Virus record (IMG/VR): IMGVR_UViG_3300025018_002266
Span: 1-24,396 of that record
DNA length: 24,396 bases
Strand: one strand, 5' to 3'
DNA from: a virus
Lineage: Duplodnaviria > Caudoviricetes
Every line of letters starts with the position of its first letter. Position 1 is the stretch's first letter. This document shows, piece after piece, positions 1 through 8,592 of this stretch. A model generated the notes under the pieces. It saw nothing but the letters and a program-made list of their open reading frames with translations. It was not told the DNA's origin and ran no database searches. The position numbers and the translations under genes are program-made.

Positions 1-588
1 GAGCGTGACCCTCTTCCGATCGCAGATCGAGACGGTCTTCCGGAAGAACTTCGAGAGCATCTTGGCCTTGGCCATGCCCATCGTGGCGGCGTCCATCGCC
101 TGCGCCATCTCGGTCTCGTCACTCAACGCATCGAGTGAATCGAGCACGTAAAGGCCCCTTCCGCCATCTTCAATCGCTGTCACGAACTCAACGAAGTCAT
201 CAGCGAACTTCTCGACGGTCTCGCACCCCTGCCAGGGATCAATCGAAGAGGGGAGTCCAAGGGTCTGCGCGTACTGCGTGTCGCATGCCTTCTCGGCGTC
301 ATTGTAACGCATCGCCGTTCCTGGGAACTTCCTCTCAAAGTTCGCGAACGCCTCGATTATGAGCCCTGTTTTGTCAGATGACTTATCTCCCACGATGTTG
401 ATGACACCACCAACAGCCCACCCACCACCATTAGCAAGATCCAGCAATGTAGATCCGCTACCGAAGGTCTCCTTCGAACTCGTCGCCGAGAAGAACGTAC
501 CGCCGTCATCGATCGATGACACGTCGTCTGCACTGGTAGGAACAGGCTCGGAAAGCGGGACGCGACGGCGTTTGATCTTCTTGACCAT
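1..588 (-). CDS. RecA/UvsX-like recombinase, N-terminal part (runs off the left edge; absent from the ORF track)
   Basis: Hand translation from ATG 588: MVKKIKRRR...GSTLLDLANGGGWAVGGVINIVGDKSSDKTGL...YNDAEKA...LYVLDSLDAL...AKAKMLSKFFRK. This shows the RecA-type LD..LGGG motif, a Walker A-like motif, the DAE catalytic Glu motif and Walker B. Frame is open to base 1. Confidence 0.9.
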   Translation of the reverse strand, partial: MVKKIKRRRVPLSEPVPTSADDVSSIDDGGTFFSATSSKETFGSGSTLLDLANGGGWAVGGVINIVGDKSSDKTGLIIEAFANFERKFPGTAMRYNDAEKACDTQYAQTLGLPSSIDPWQGCETVEKFADDFVEFVTAIEDGGRGLYVLDSLDALSDETEMAQAMDAATMGMAKAKMLSKFFRKTVSICDRKRVTL

Positions 589-628
589 TGAAGCACTACC
601 TCTGCCAGTGAATCGTCGAGTCAGCGAT

Positions 629-1651
629 CTAGAAGGGGAAGTCCTCGTCGTCATCGTCCTCGAGGATCCGACGGGCCTCCTCACTCACACGGCTGGTGCC
701 GGGCTTTGTCACGGACCGCTTCTTGGTCTTGGTCTTTGACACCACCTTCTTGGCCTTCTTCTTGACCGTCTTCCGGCGTGGGGGATCGGGCTCGTCGTCG
801 TCCTCGTCACGGACACGGGACTTGCGTGGGGGGACTTCGAGATCCTCGTCACCGTCATCATCGTCATCGAAGTCGTACTTCCGCTGGGCCTTCCGCGAAC
901 CGCTCCGGGTCTCAGGAGCAGCGTCCGTCCCCGAGGACGCCTCCTTCTTCGAGACGGTGCCCGCGAAGACCTTCTGGATGTACTCCCCATCGAAGTGGTT
1001 GAGGATCGTGGGGATGGGGTTCTTGACGATCAGGCGCAGCCACTTCTTCTGCGTCGCAGCGTCATCGGAGATCGGCGATGCATGGCGGCTGAACTTGATG
1101 CCGTTGTACTTGGTCTTGAGACCCTGACCGTCACGCTTGAAGATCAGGTCGAATCCCTCATCGGGGTGATCCACCTCCAGCCACTCGCCCTCGACCTCGG
1201 CCTGCGCCATGATGTCGCGATCCACGGTCCAGGCGGCCAGCCACACCAGGGGACCGTCCTCCTCCCGCGTGCGGTCAATGATGAAGTACGCGACGCGCCG
1301 GGTGGGGGCCAGGGCACGAAGCTCCTCCTCGGTGGCCTCGGCCTTGACACGCTCGCGCTCCTCGCAGATCGGGCACCATTCCTTCATCTGCCGGTTCGGG
1401 CAGATGTAGGAATTCTTGTCCGCGCCGATCTGGTAGTGGACCCAGACATCGATCCCGAAGTGCTCAGGGTCATCCCACGTCGGGGGCATGATGCGCACCT
1501 TCGAGCGGACGTCGGGCTTCGGGCTCCAGGTCTCGAAGCCGTCCTTGAGGACCGCATCGAAATCACCACCACGCTGGTTCGCCCGCTTGCGGTTCTGCTC
1601 GTGGCTCCGCTTCTTGTACGTGTACCCGGTCTTCTCGCCGTGATCCCGCAT
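629..1651 (-). CDS. Phage single-stranded DNA-binding protein (gp32-like)
   Basis: VRIMPP motif, His/Cys zinc ligands (H..YICP..CPICE), acidic C-terminal tail ending DDDDEDFPF, AAGGAGG RBS upstream, and position beside recombinase and mediator genes. Confidence 0.8.
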   Translation of the reverse strand: MRDHGEKTGYTYKKRSHEQNRKRANQRGGDFDAVLKDGFETWSPKPDVRSKVRIMPPTWDDPEHFGIDVWVHYQIGADKNSYICPNRQMKEWCPICEERERVKAEATEEELRALAPTRRVAYFIIDRTREEDGPLVWLAAWTVDRDIMAQAEVEGEWLEVDHPDEGFDLIFKRDGQGLKTKYNGIKFSRHASPISDDAATQKKWLRLIVKNPIPTILNHFDGEYIQKVFAGTVSKKEASSGTDAAPETRSGSRKAQRKYDFDDDDDGDEDLEVPPRKSRVRDEDDDEPDPPRRKTVKKKAKKVVSKTKTKKRSVTKPGTSRVSEEARRILEDDDDEDFPF

Positions 1652-1657
1652 CTTGAT

Positions 1658-1816
1658 TCAGCCTCCTTGGTTCCGATTTCGCTTGACGAGATCCGCAAGG
1701 GATTGCCGCCAAGATTGCTGTTTTGCCGAGTGCCACCCACTTGAGATCACGTACGCCGCGATCCATAGACCGAGCAGGCACAGCACACTCAGAGCGATCC
1801 ACCACCCGATGGACAT
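1658..1816 (-). CDS. Small single-pass membrane protein (52 aa, below the ORF-track cutoff)
   Basis: Hand translation MSIGWWIALSVLCLLGLWIAAYVISSGWHSAKQQSWRQSLADLVKRNRNQGG*. The ATG abuts the upstream stop, the ORF fills the intergenic gap, and the N-terminus is a hydrophobic helix. Confidence 0.6.
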   Translation of the reverse strand: MSIGWWIALSVLCLLGLWIAAYVISSGWHSAKQQSWRQSLADLVKRNRNQGG

Positions 1817-2398
1817 CTAGAGATCCTTCTTCCAATCCGTCCGGCGACGGCGGGCAAGCTCGCTCTTGCCCTGGTTGGCCTTGGCGTCCCGCTCCGGGCT
1901 GCTGACGGCCCGTGTGGCCGTGTGTCCCGCGAGCACAAGCTGGGCCAGGTCACGGAGCATGTAGCCCCGTGACGACCAAGCCGTCCGCAGGGCGTCCCAC
2001 GTGGCGGACTCCCTGTAGGCGTCCTGGAGCGCCTCAAACGCGGTGATCCTCCGGGGGTGGCAAAGGATCTCATTGGCGAGGGCCTTCTCGGTCACACGCT
2101 CACCCGCCTCGGCCTTCTCCATCGCAATGGCCCTGTAGAGTTCGGCCTCCTCCCGAGCAAACACATCCTTTGCCGCGGTGGCTCGGGAGGATGCACGGGC
2201 AGCCTGCTCGGCGACCTCGAAGTAGCGCTCGGAGTGCTCGATGATCTCACGGTCAATGTTGCCTGGATCGATCCGCAGCTTCGACTCGAAGAACGCGATG
2301 GATACCTCGTGGCGTGGATTGAACTTCACGCCCAAGGGATTGTCGTCGTCACCGTCATCGAGCACAGGACGGGGCTTCTTTTTGATCTTCTTCGTCAT
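1817..2398 (-). CDS. UvsY-like recombination mediator
   Basis: All-helical protein with L.ID...ID.E start, ERVTEKAL and ..SRGYMLR.L pattern resembling UvsY; lies next to the SSB and RecA-like genes. Confidence 0.6.
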   Translation of the reverse strand: MTKKIKKKPRPVLDDGDDDNPLGVKFNPRHEVSIAFFESKLRIDPGNIDREIIEHSERYFEVAEQAARASSRATAAKDVFAREEAELYRAIAMEKAEAGERVTEKALANEILCHPRRITAFEALQDAYRESATWDALRTAWSSRGYMLRDLAQLVLAGHTATRAVSSPERDAKANQGKSELARRRRTDWKKDL

Positions 2399-2404
2399 CG
2401 TATG

Positions 2405-3340
2405 TCACTCCGTAAGGATCAGCCGCGCCAACGAAAGGAGAAGCGGTGCCATCTGGCTTTGTTGGGGATACGGACGCTCAAAGGCGGACAACACCTCCAG
2501 TGCCCGTTCGGTCTTTGCCGAGTGTGCGCCCATTGCCACCGCTGAGAAGTACGCGCAGACAACGATGCGAATGGACTCCGGATTCTTGTCCTTCATTCCC
2601 TTCACAACGTCAATCACACGATCCCAAGAGGCGCCCTTCAAAAGCAACTGGCAGAGCTTCCGTACGTCGCCGTCATCGGTATCCACCTCTTGAAGGATGG
2701 ACAAAGCCTCTGCCTTGGTGCCTGCCGACGCGCAGGCGGCCAGGCCGCTCAACGCACGGCGGGGACTGCCCTGGCTCTTGCGTGCCACGATGGCCAGCAC
2801 CTCTTCGGGCGTCTCCATCTTCTCGGCGGCAGCCACACGCTGCACCAAGCCGTAGATGTCCTCGATTTCGACCGGCTGAAGATCGTACCGCGTGGCACGA
2901 TTGCGGATTGTCTCAGGAACCTTGTCGGCCTCGGTCGTGAGCAGGAACCACCACACGTGCGGAGGGGGCTCCTCCGTCGCCTTGAGCAACGCCTGCACGG
3001 CCGTCTTGCTCAGGACGTGGCACTCATCCATGATCACCACACGGGTGGACGATCCGGTCATTCCCCGGAAGTTCACTCGCTCGGTGATCTGGCGCACGTC
3101 ATCCGCGCCGGAGTGCGTCGCGGCATCCACCTCCATGAGGTTGGCCGGATCGCATCCCACTTCGGCTGCGATGATTCGCGCCAGGGTGGTCTTGCCCCCA
3201 CCACTGATCCCGGTGAAGAGAAACGTCCGTGAAGAGCGCTGCTCCAAGACACGTTTGATTGAAGCCACCACGTTGCGGTGCCCAACCACTTCATCGAATG
3301 TCTTGGGACGGTATCGGTTCACAAGTGCCAGGTCGCTCAT
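2405..3340 (-). CDS. Clamp loader AAA+ ATPase (DnaX gamma/tau- or RFC-like)
   Basis: RYRPKTFDEVVG, Walker A GISGGGKTT, EVDAA, Walker B IMDECH, LLKATEEPP, IRNR arginine finger. Start placed at ATG 3340. Confidence 0.9.
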   Translation of the reverse strand: MSDLALVNRYRPKTFDEVVGHRNVVASIKRVLEQRSSRTFLFTGISGGGKTTLARIIAAEVGCDPANLMEVDAATHSGADDVRQITERVNFRGMTGSSTRVVIMDECHVLSKTAVQALLKATEEPPPHVWWFLLTTEADKVPETIRNRATRYDLQPVEIEDIYGLVQRVAAAEKMETPEEVLAIVARKSQGSPRRALSGLAACASAGTKAEALSILQEVDTDDGDVRKLCQLLLKGASWDRVIDVVKGMKDKNPESIRIVVCAYFSAVAMGAHSAKTERALEVLSAFERPYPQQSQMAPLLLSLARLILTE

Positions 3341-3364
3341 TGCACACACTCCATACGGATCGCT

Positions 3365-4333
3365 TCAAACGTCGTCGCCAAGAAGGGTGAACCGCGTTGA
3401 AACGGTTGCGGCGGGAAGGCACCCAGGAGAGATCCAAAGGCGCTCCTTGTGCCGATTGACTGTATTTCCCGTCTTCTTCCCCCGCTTCGAGTAAGACGCA
3501 CCAGCGCTGTATCGATGCCGAATCCAATCCGCAGGCATATGAGCCTCGTGCTCATCCGAATAGCCACAGAGGACGATTCGCAGGCGGGGGTCATTACCAT
3601 GAGCAATGCACCACTCACGCACCTTGATGCTCACATCATCATCCACTGCAACTGATCCAACACCATACATCCCGTTAGGCGTAAATGTTGAGTATGGAGG
3701 ATCTAGTACAATCCCAACACGACCGCCACCGCAGGCGAGCACACCATCGGTCAACACACGGGACCAGTCTCCAGTGCAAACCTTGACCCGGTGCAGCCTG
3801 TGGTGGAGCTGATTGAGGTACGCAGTCAACTTCTCCAGACTAGGGTGGCCATCATCACCGTAAAAAACCTGACGATGAACCCCGCTGCCTGATCCCATAT
3901 CGGGCAATTTGCTCTTCCCCACCTTGACGCACCAACCGCGGCCAATCCACGCGGCCTTCCCCCACAGCCACCAACCCGCGGCCTTGGCATCGTAGTACTC
4001 AGGATCGCGGACCAACTTCGCCTGACGCTTCCTGCTGGTCTTGAGAATCCATCGCTGCTTGGCGAGAAGATCCACCTCCAGAACAGGCGCAAAGGCATAC
4101 GAGGCCACGGCCTCGGGATCCTTAGCCAGCGCGCGCCACACGTTGCTCAATTCGGAATCAAGGTCATTCACGACCTCAACAGTCCCCTGGTGTGTTGTGG
4201 GACGTGCAAGAAGCACAGCCAAAGATCCAGCAAAGGGCTCGATGTACACATCGACGTCACCCAGCAATGACCACATAAGCTGCGCAACCTTCTTCTTCGT
4301 ACCAAAGTACGGGAAGGGAGCTTTCAACGACAT
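3365..4333 (-). CDS. D12/Dam-class N6-adenine DNA methyltransferase
   Basis: PFPYFGTK, YIEPFAGS (SAM binding), VNDLD and catalytic LDPPY, in alpha-class order. Confidence 0.9.
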   Translation of the reverse strand: MSLKAPFPYFGTKKKVAQLMWSLLGDVDVYIEPFAGSLAVLLARPTTHQGTVEVVNDLDSELSNVWRALAKDPEAVASYAFAPVLEVDLLAKQRWILKTSRKRQAKLVRDPEYYDAKAAGWWLWGKAAWIGRGWCVKVGKSKLPDMGSGSGVHRQVFYGDDGHPSLEKLTAYLNQLHHRLHRVKVCTGDWSRVLTDGVLACGGGRVGIVLDPPYSTFTPNGMYGVGSVAVDDDVSIKVREWCIAHGNDPRLRIVLCGYSDEHEAHMPADWIRHRYSAGASYSKRGKKTGNTVNRHKERLWISPGCLPAATVSTRFTLLGDDV

Positions 4334-4351
4334 CCTTCCACCTCCCTTCCC

Positions 4352-5926
4352 TTACTCAATGGACACATCCGCCACAAGCGGCCCAATGTCCTTGACGATT
4401 CGTTTCCGGGCCATCTCGGCGTACTCAGGATTCAGCTCCACAATGATCGCATTGCGAAGCAGTCGATTCGCCACCATTGCGGTCGTTCCCGCGCCGCCGA
4501 AGGGATCAAGCACCATACATGGATGAAGATCAGTCACACGTGCATACGCATCTAGTAGTCGATCCTGCGCACGAAGCACCTCACGACAATCCTTCCGCCA
4601 CTGCCGCATGGCATCTCGATCCTTTCGATCCTTTGGCTTAGGTGGGGCACTGTGCCATGTACCCAGCTCTACGTAGCAAGCGCAGGACGGACGCCAGCCC
4701 ACGGTTCGCGGGCCAGGGAAGGGAGAATCGTGATCCGCACCTGATGCTCTTGCCACTTTGACATTGGTGACCAAGCGATGCTGCATTGATGTTGAATCAG
4801 TACGGGCTACGTTCTTGCCACCGACGCGGCGCTTGGCCTCATGCGCGGCATTCATTCGATTCTGCGAGAACTGTGCGTCTGTTCCCGCCGTCTTGCCCCC
4901 GCTGATAGGCTTCCGGGGAGGAGGAGGAGGTTTGCGCAAGACACGCGCCCAGGGCGTCCCACAGGAGGGACAGGCGCCATGTCCTGATGTCCCGGCCAGG
5001 ATGCACCGCTTCGGGAGATGCGTCGGAAAGGTGGCGAAGTGCGAATCAGGAAAGGGGGTGGCTGTCATTCGCCACACATCCCGAGCATTCCTTGTTGCAG
5101 TGGGCTCCCAGGGCTCAGGGGAACCTACACCAACTGTTCTGCGCGCAGGGCGCTCGTAGCCCTGCCCACTGGAATGGGTACTCACAGCGCGCTCGGCAAT
5201 AGCAGTGCGATCATAAAAGTACCGCGCGGACTTGGTAAGAAGAAAGATCAGCTCATAGCTATGTGTTGGCCGATCGGTCACCGATTCAGGCATGGCGTTC
5301 TTGTCCCACACAATGGCGGAACGGAGGTACCAACCATCCGCACGCAAGGCGAACGCCACCATCCAAGGGATGCCGACGAGATCCTTCGATTTGAGTCCAG
5401 AAACACCACTACAACCCAGCCCCTCAGCCGTGAACGTCCGATCCGCTCGCTGGCCTGACGTCCCCTGCTTTCCCCCCGTTGAACCACAGTGGCTATCACC
5501 TAGATTCAGCCAGCAAACACCATCGTCGCGCAGCACACGGCGCACCTCGCGGAAGACACCAACAAGATTCGCAACGTACTGGTCGGGCGTCTTTTCCAAC
5601 CCGATCTGCGCATCCACCCTCAGCGCGCCGCACACGCCGCATTTAGATCGAAAGAGCCGCTCTTTCGATCTAAATGCGGCGTTGCTCTTCTTGAGCTTCT
5701 TCCCCGTACCGTCGGCCAACATGCCCAACGTTGATGTGCGTGCAACCTGCTCGGCGGTCACCTCGACGTGCTTGCACGTGGGATCCCCACCCTCCCAGGA
5801 CGCAGTACCGTAGTCACGAAGGTTGAAATACGGAGGGCTGGTCACACAGCACTGCACAGAACCATCGGGGATCTCGGCCAGGCGCTTGCGCACGTCACCA
5901 ACCAGGATTCGTGTCTTGGGCTTCAT
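4352..5926 (-). CDS. N4-cytosine/N6-adenine DNA methyltransferase (beta class) with large insertions
   Basis: TSPPY near the N-terminus, HFATFP, DPFGGAGTT near the C-terminus, and Cys-containing inserts (CPSCG...CAC). Confidence 0.9.
   Translation of the reverse strand: MKPKTRILVGDVRKRLAEIPDGSVQCCVTSPPYFNLRDYGTASWEGGDPTCKHVEVTAEQVARTSTLGMLADGTGKKLKKSNAAFRSKERLFRSKCGVCGALRVDAQIGLEKTPDQYVANLVGVFREVRRVLRDDGVCWLNLGDSHCGSTGGKQGTSGQRADRTFTAEGLGCSGVSGLKSKDLVGIPWMVAFALRADGWYLRSAIVWDKNAMPESVTDRPTHSYELIFLLTKSARYFYDRTAIAERAVSTHSSGQGYERPARRTVGVGSPEPWEPTATRNARDVWRMTATPFPDSHFATFPTHLPKRCILAGTSGHGACPSCGTPWARVLRKPPPPPRKPISGGKTAGTDAQFSQNRMNAAHEAKRRVGGKNVARTDSTSMQHRLVTNVKVARASGADHDSPFPGPRTVGWRPSCACYVELGTWHSAPPKPKDRKDRDAMRQWRKDCREVLRAQDRLLDAYARVTDLHPCMVLDPFGGAGTTAMVANRLLRNAIIVELNPEYAEMARKRIVKDIGPLVADVSIE
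5634..5682. repeat. Perfect 24-bp inverted repeat with a 1-nt centre, inside the methyltransferase CDS
   Basis: acgccgcatttagatcgaaagagc-c-gctctttcgatctaaatgcggcgt read directly from the sequence. Confidence 0.95.
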
Positions 5927-8580
5927 TTAAGCTGTACGTAACCTCCATTTGAGCCGGATTCAAACGTCCCGACATCCACCAGATCCGCCCAGTTGCGCCC
6001 TACCTGAACCTCGACGGTCAGGGGCACCGTCAGCCACGCAAACGTCGGATGTGGGGGGTGGAGCATCGCTGTAACAACACGCTCCATCGTCGCGTCAAAC
6101 GCGGCCTTCTCCGGCTCAAACGTCAGATCGTCATGGATCTGCAAACGAGGCTGCAGGTTGTCATTCCCCGTTTCATACGCCTCCCGAGCCATTCGATCCA
6201 GGGCGTCATTGGTGATCTCTGCCGCGCCGGATTGGATCGGGGTGTTGACAATCGCGGACATCGACAGCGGTGCGTACCGTCGTCGGCCTAGGGGATTGAC
6301 GACGTAGCCGTGCTCCTTGTAAAAGGCAACCGTCCGAAGCTGCCACTCCTTGACCGCACTAAACTCCTTCCAGAATCGCTTGAAGATTCGGGATGTCACT
6401 CCCTGCGGCATCTGAAGGTAGCGCGCAATCGTCCGCTCCCCGGCCAGATAGAACGCCGGGAACACGAAGAGGTTTTTGATTACACCACGAAGGGCTTTGA
6501 GATTGCCGTCGTGCCTCCGCAGGATTTCAGGGTACTCCGCGGCGATTCGCTTGCTCCACTCCAGATGCACATCGAAGTGCTCATGAAGCGATTGAATCAA
6601 CGTCGGGTCGCGTGACACCTCCGCAATGACCCGGTACTCAATCTGGCCGTAGTCGGTCGCCATGAACACACGTCCACGGCGTGCGTGAACCACCCCACGA
6701 ATCTCACGGTGATCCCGCTTGGGGTATTGCTGGAGATTGGGGTCCGACGCAGCCAGGCGGCTGGTGTCCGTCCCGGTGTCGGAGAAGGAGGCGTGCAGGA
6801 GCCCATCGGGGTGCAGAATCGTCTTCTTCGAGCCAGGCAGGAGGGTGTCCAGGTACGTGCCCTTCAGCTTGACCAGCCCGCGGTGGTCAAGTATGGCTTT
6901 CGCCAGGTCAACACCAGCCGCCGACATGGCCTTCAGCACAGCCTCATCCGTCGAGTACTTGCTGCCCCGCTTGCCCTCGGGGCGCTCCAGCATGTCGCGA
7001 AAGATCACACAAAGCTGCTGCGGGCTGTTCAGATTCAGACGACCATGTTGTTTGGCGTACTCCCGCACAACGGGCAGACGGTTGACCTGCTCCTCAGCCT
7101 TGGCCACCTTCCCCGCGAAATCGTCGCACAGGGCGCGCGCACGGCGCAGGTCCACGGACACCCCCCGGGCCTGCATTACGGCCAGCCCAGGCAAACGTCG
7201 TGCGTGGAAGCGGTAGAGGTCGTAGAGCCCCTCGGTGCGCAACGTGGAAGACTGCTCCACCTCCAGCAGCGCCGTTGATTCGGCGTCGATGGCGTTGTAC
7301 CGCAGGACCGTGTCAATCGGATACCGGATCAGGTTCTTGACGTCAATCTCGGACAGGGACTTGATCCGCAAACCGAAGTAGAGGAGACACCGGACATCCA
7401 GCTTGAGCATGCCCTTGCCGCCGTCGATCACGTACGCCTGGGCCTGGGTGCAGTCCCATTCAATCTCAAACAGGATTGACTCGTCCCCTCCCAACCACCA
7501 ACGATACCACTCCATCTCAAACCGTGCATTGTGCGCAACGAGGCGCTGGCAGCCCTTCAAGAACCCGCGGATGATCTCCTTCAGTTTCTCCAGGCTGCGG
7601 GGCTTCCACGTGCTCCCAGGATGGTCAACCGCAATGGCCACCGTTCGTTTGCCATCAGAGACCGCAAGGGAAAGGAGCTTGGCGCCCTCGGCATAAGGAC
7701 GGAGCTGATTCGTCTCCACATCGGTTGTAACGCACGTCTGATCGAGGTCCGCCAACGCTGCCCGAATTCGTGCCAGTTCGGCGGATCCCCCTCCAAGAAA
7801 CGATTGATACTCCTGGAGGAAATCGGACTCCTGCAGAACGTGCGGCTCTGGCAAATCGACCAGATCATCCCAAACGCGGCCGAGATCGGTAAACCACAAT
7901 GGGAGCCGGTCCGCATCGGAGCGTGACCCCGGAACCTTCTCACCCCGGCGATGGCGCTCCTCAGCAGCCTCAACGCGCACGACAAAGCCCGGATGAAACA
8001 CAGGATAAACCCAGAAGGCATGGCCATCAATCGCGAATGGAAACCGACGGCCACGCCACCCGTTGATCCCTCCTGTCGCCCCAAACCACGCTGCCGCAAT
8101 GGGACCGAGCGCCAGCACCGCACGAGGCTTGCTTTGTGCGAGGTCAGCCTCGATACGAGGAGCGCAGCACGCCACCTCATTGGGCTGGGGGTTCCGGCCC
8201 TTCGGTGGTCGATCCTGGATGACACTATTCCACCGAATCCGCTTGCGGAGGTTGGTCGGGATCTCCGCACGGAGGCGTTGACCCGCCCGCCCCAGGAGGT
8301 GCCGCACATGATGCCCACCGAACTTCGGGATGTCCTCGTCCGGGGTCTCGTCCTCAGCTTGCCCCGGTGCCTCATCCAGGACATAGAGCAGGGGACGCTC
8401 CGCGCCGGTCGGCGGCATCTTCGGCGTCAGCACATCCGCCGCGGACAGGGGACAGGCACGACACCCAAGCTGCCGCAGCCGCGCGATCGGAAACGTGGAG
8501 CCCTGGGTGCCTGAACGTGCGGATGCTTTGGGGCGGGAGTCAGCCCGTGTCTCGAAAAACCCAAATGGCGATCGAGCCAT
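5923..8580 (-). CDS. Family A DNA polymerase with N-terminal uracil-DNA-glycosylase-like domain and 3'-5' exonuclease (SPO1-like architecture)
   Basis: UDG family 4-like motifs CRAC, EAPG, RPP..R.P...E..CC, LALG and FHPG. Exo motifs DVET, HNARFE and YNAID. Pol motifs DYGQIEYR, R...K....F...Y and QIHDDL. Confidence 0.93.
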   Translation of the reverse strand: MARSPFGFFETRADSRPKASARSGTQGSTFPIARLRQLGCRACPLSAADVLTPKMPPTGAERPLLYVLDEAPGQAEDETPDEDIPKFGGHHVRHLLGRAGQRLRAEIPTNLRKRIRWNSVIQDRPPKGRNPQPNEVACCAPRIEADLAQSKPRAVLALGPIAAAWFGATGGINGWRGRRFPFAIDGHAFWVYPVFHPGFVVRVEAAEERHRRGEKVPGSRSDADRLPLWFTDLGRVWDDLVDLPEPHVLQESDFLQEYQSFLGGGSAELARIRAALADLDQTCVTTDVETNQLRPYAEGAKLLSLAVSDGKRTVAIAVDHPGSTWKPRSLEKLKEIIRGFLKGCQRLVAHNARFEMEWYRWWLGGDESILFEIEWDCTQAQAYVIDGGKGMLKLDVRCLLYFGLRIKSLSEIDVKNLIRYPIDTVLRYNAIDAESTALLEVEQSSTLRTEGLYDLYRFHARRLPGLAVMQARGVSVDLRRARALCDDFAGKVAKAEEQVNRLPVVREYAKQHGRLNLNSPQQLCVIFRDMLERPEGKRGSKYSTDEAVLKAMSAAGVDLAKAILDHRGLVKLKGTYLDTLLPGSKKTILHPDGLLHASFSDTGTDTSRLAASDPNLQQYPKRDHREIRGVVHARRGRVFMATDYGQIEYRVIAEVSRDPTLIQSLHEHFDVHLEWSKRIAAEYPEILRRHDGNLKALRGVIKNLFVFPAFYLAGERTIARYLQMPQGVTSRIFKRFWKEFSAVKEWQLRTVAFYKEHGYVVNPLGRRRYAPLSMSAIVNTPIQSGAAEITNDALDRMAREAYETGNDNLQPRLQIHDDLTFEPEKAAFDATMERVVTAMLHPPHPTFAWLTVPLTVEVQVGRNWADLVDVGTFESGSNGGYVQLK

Positions 8581-8592
8581 TGGATGGATCGA

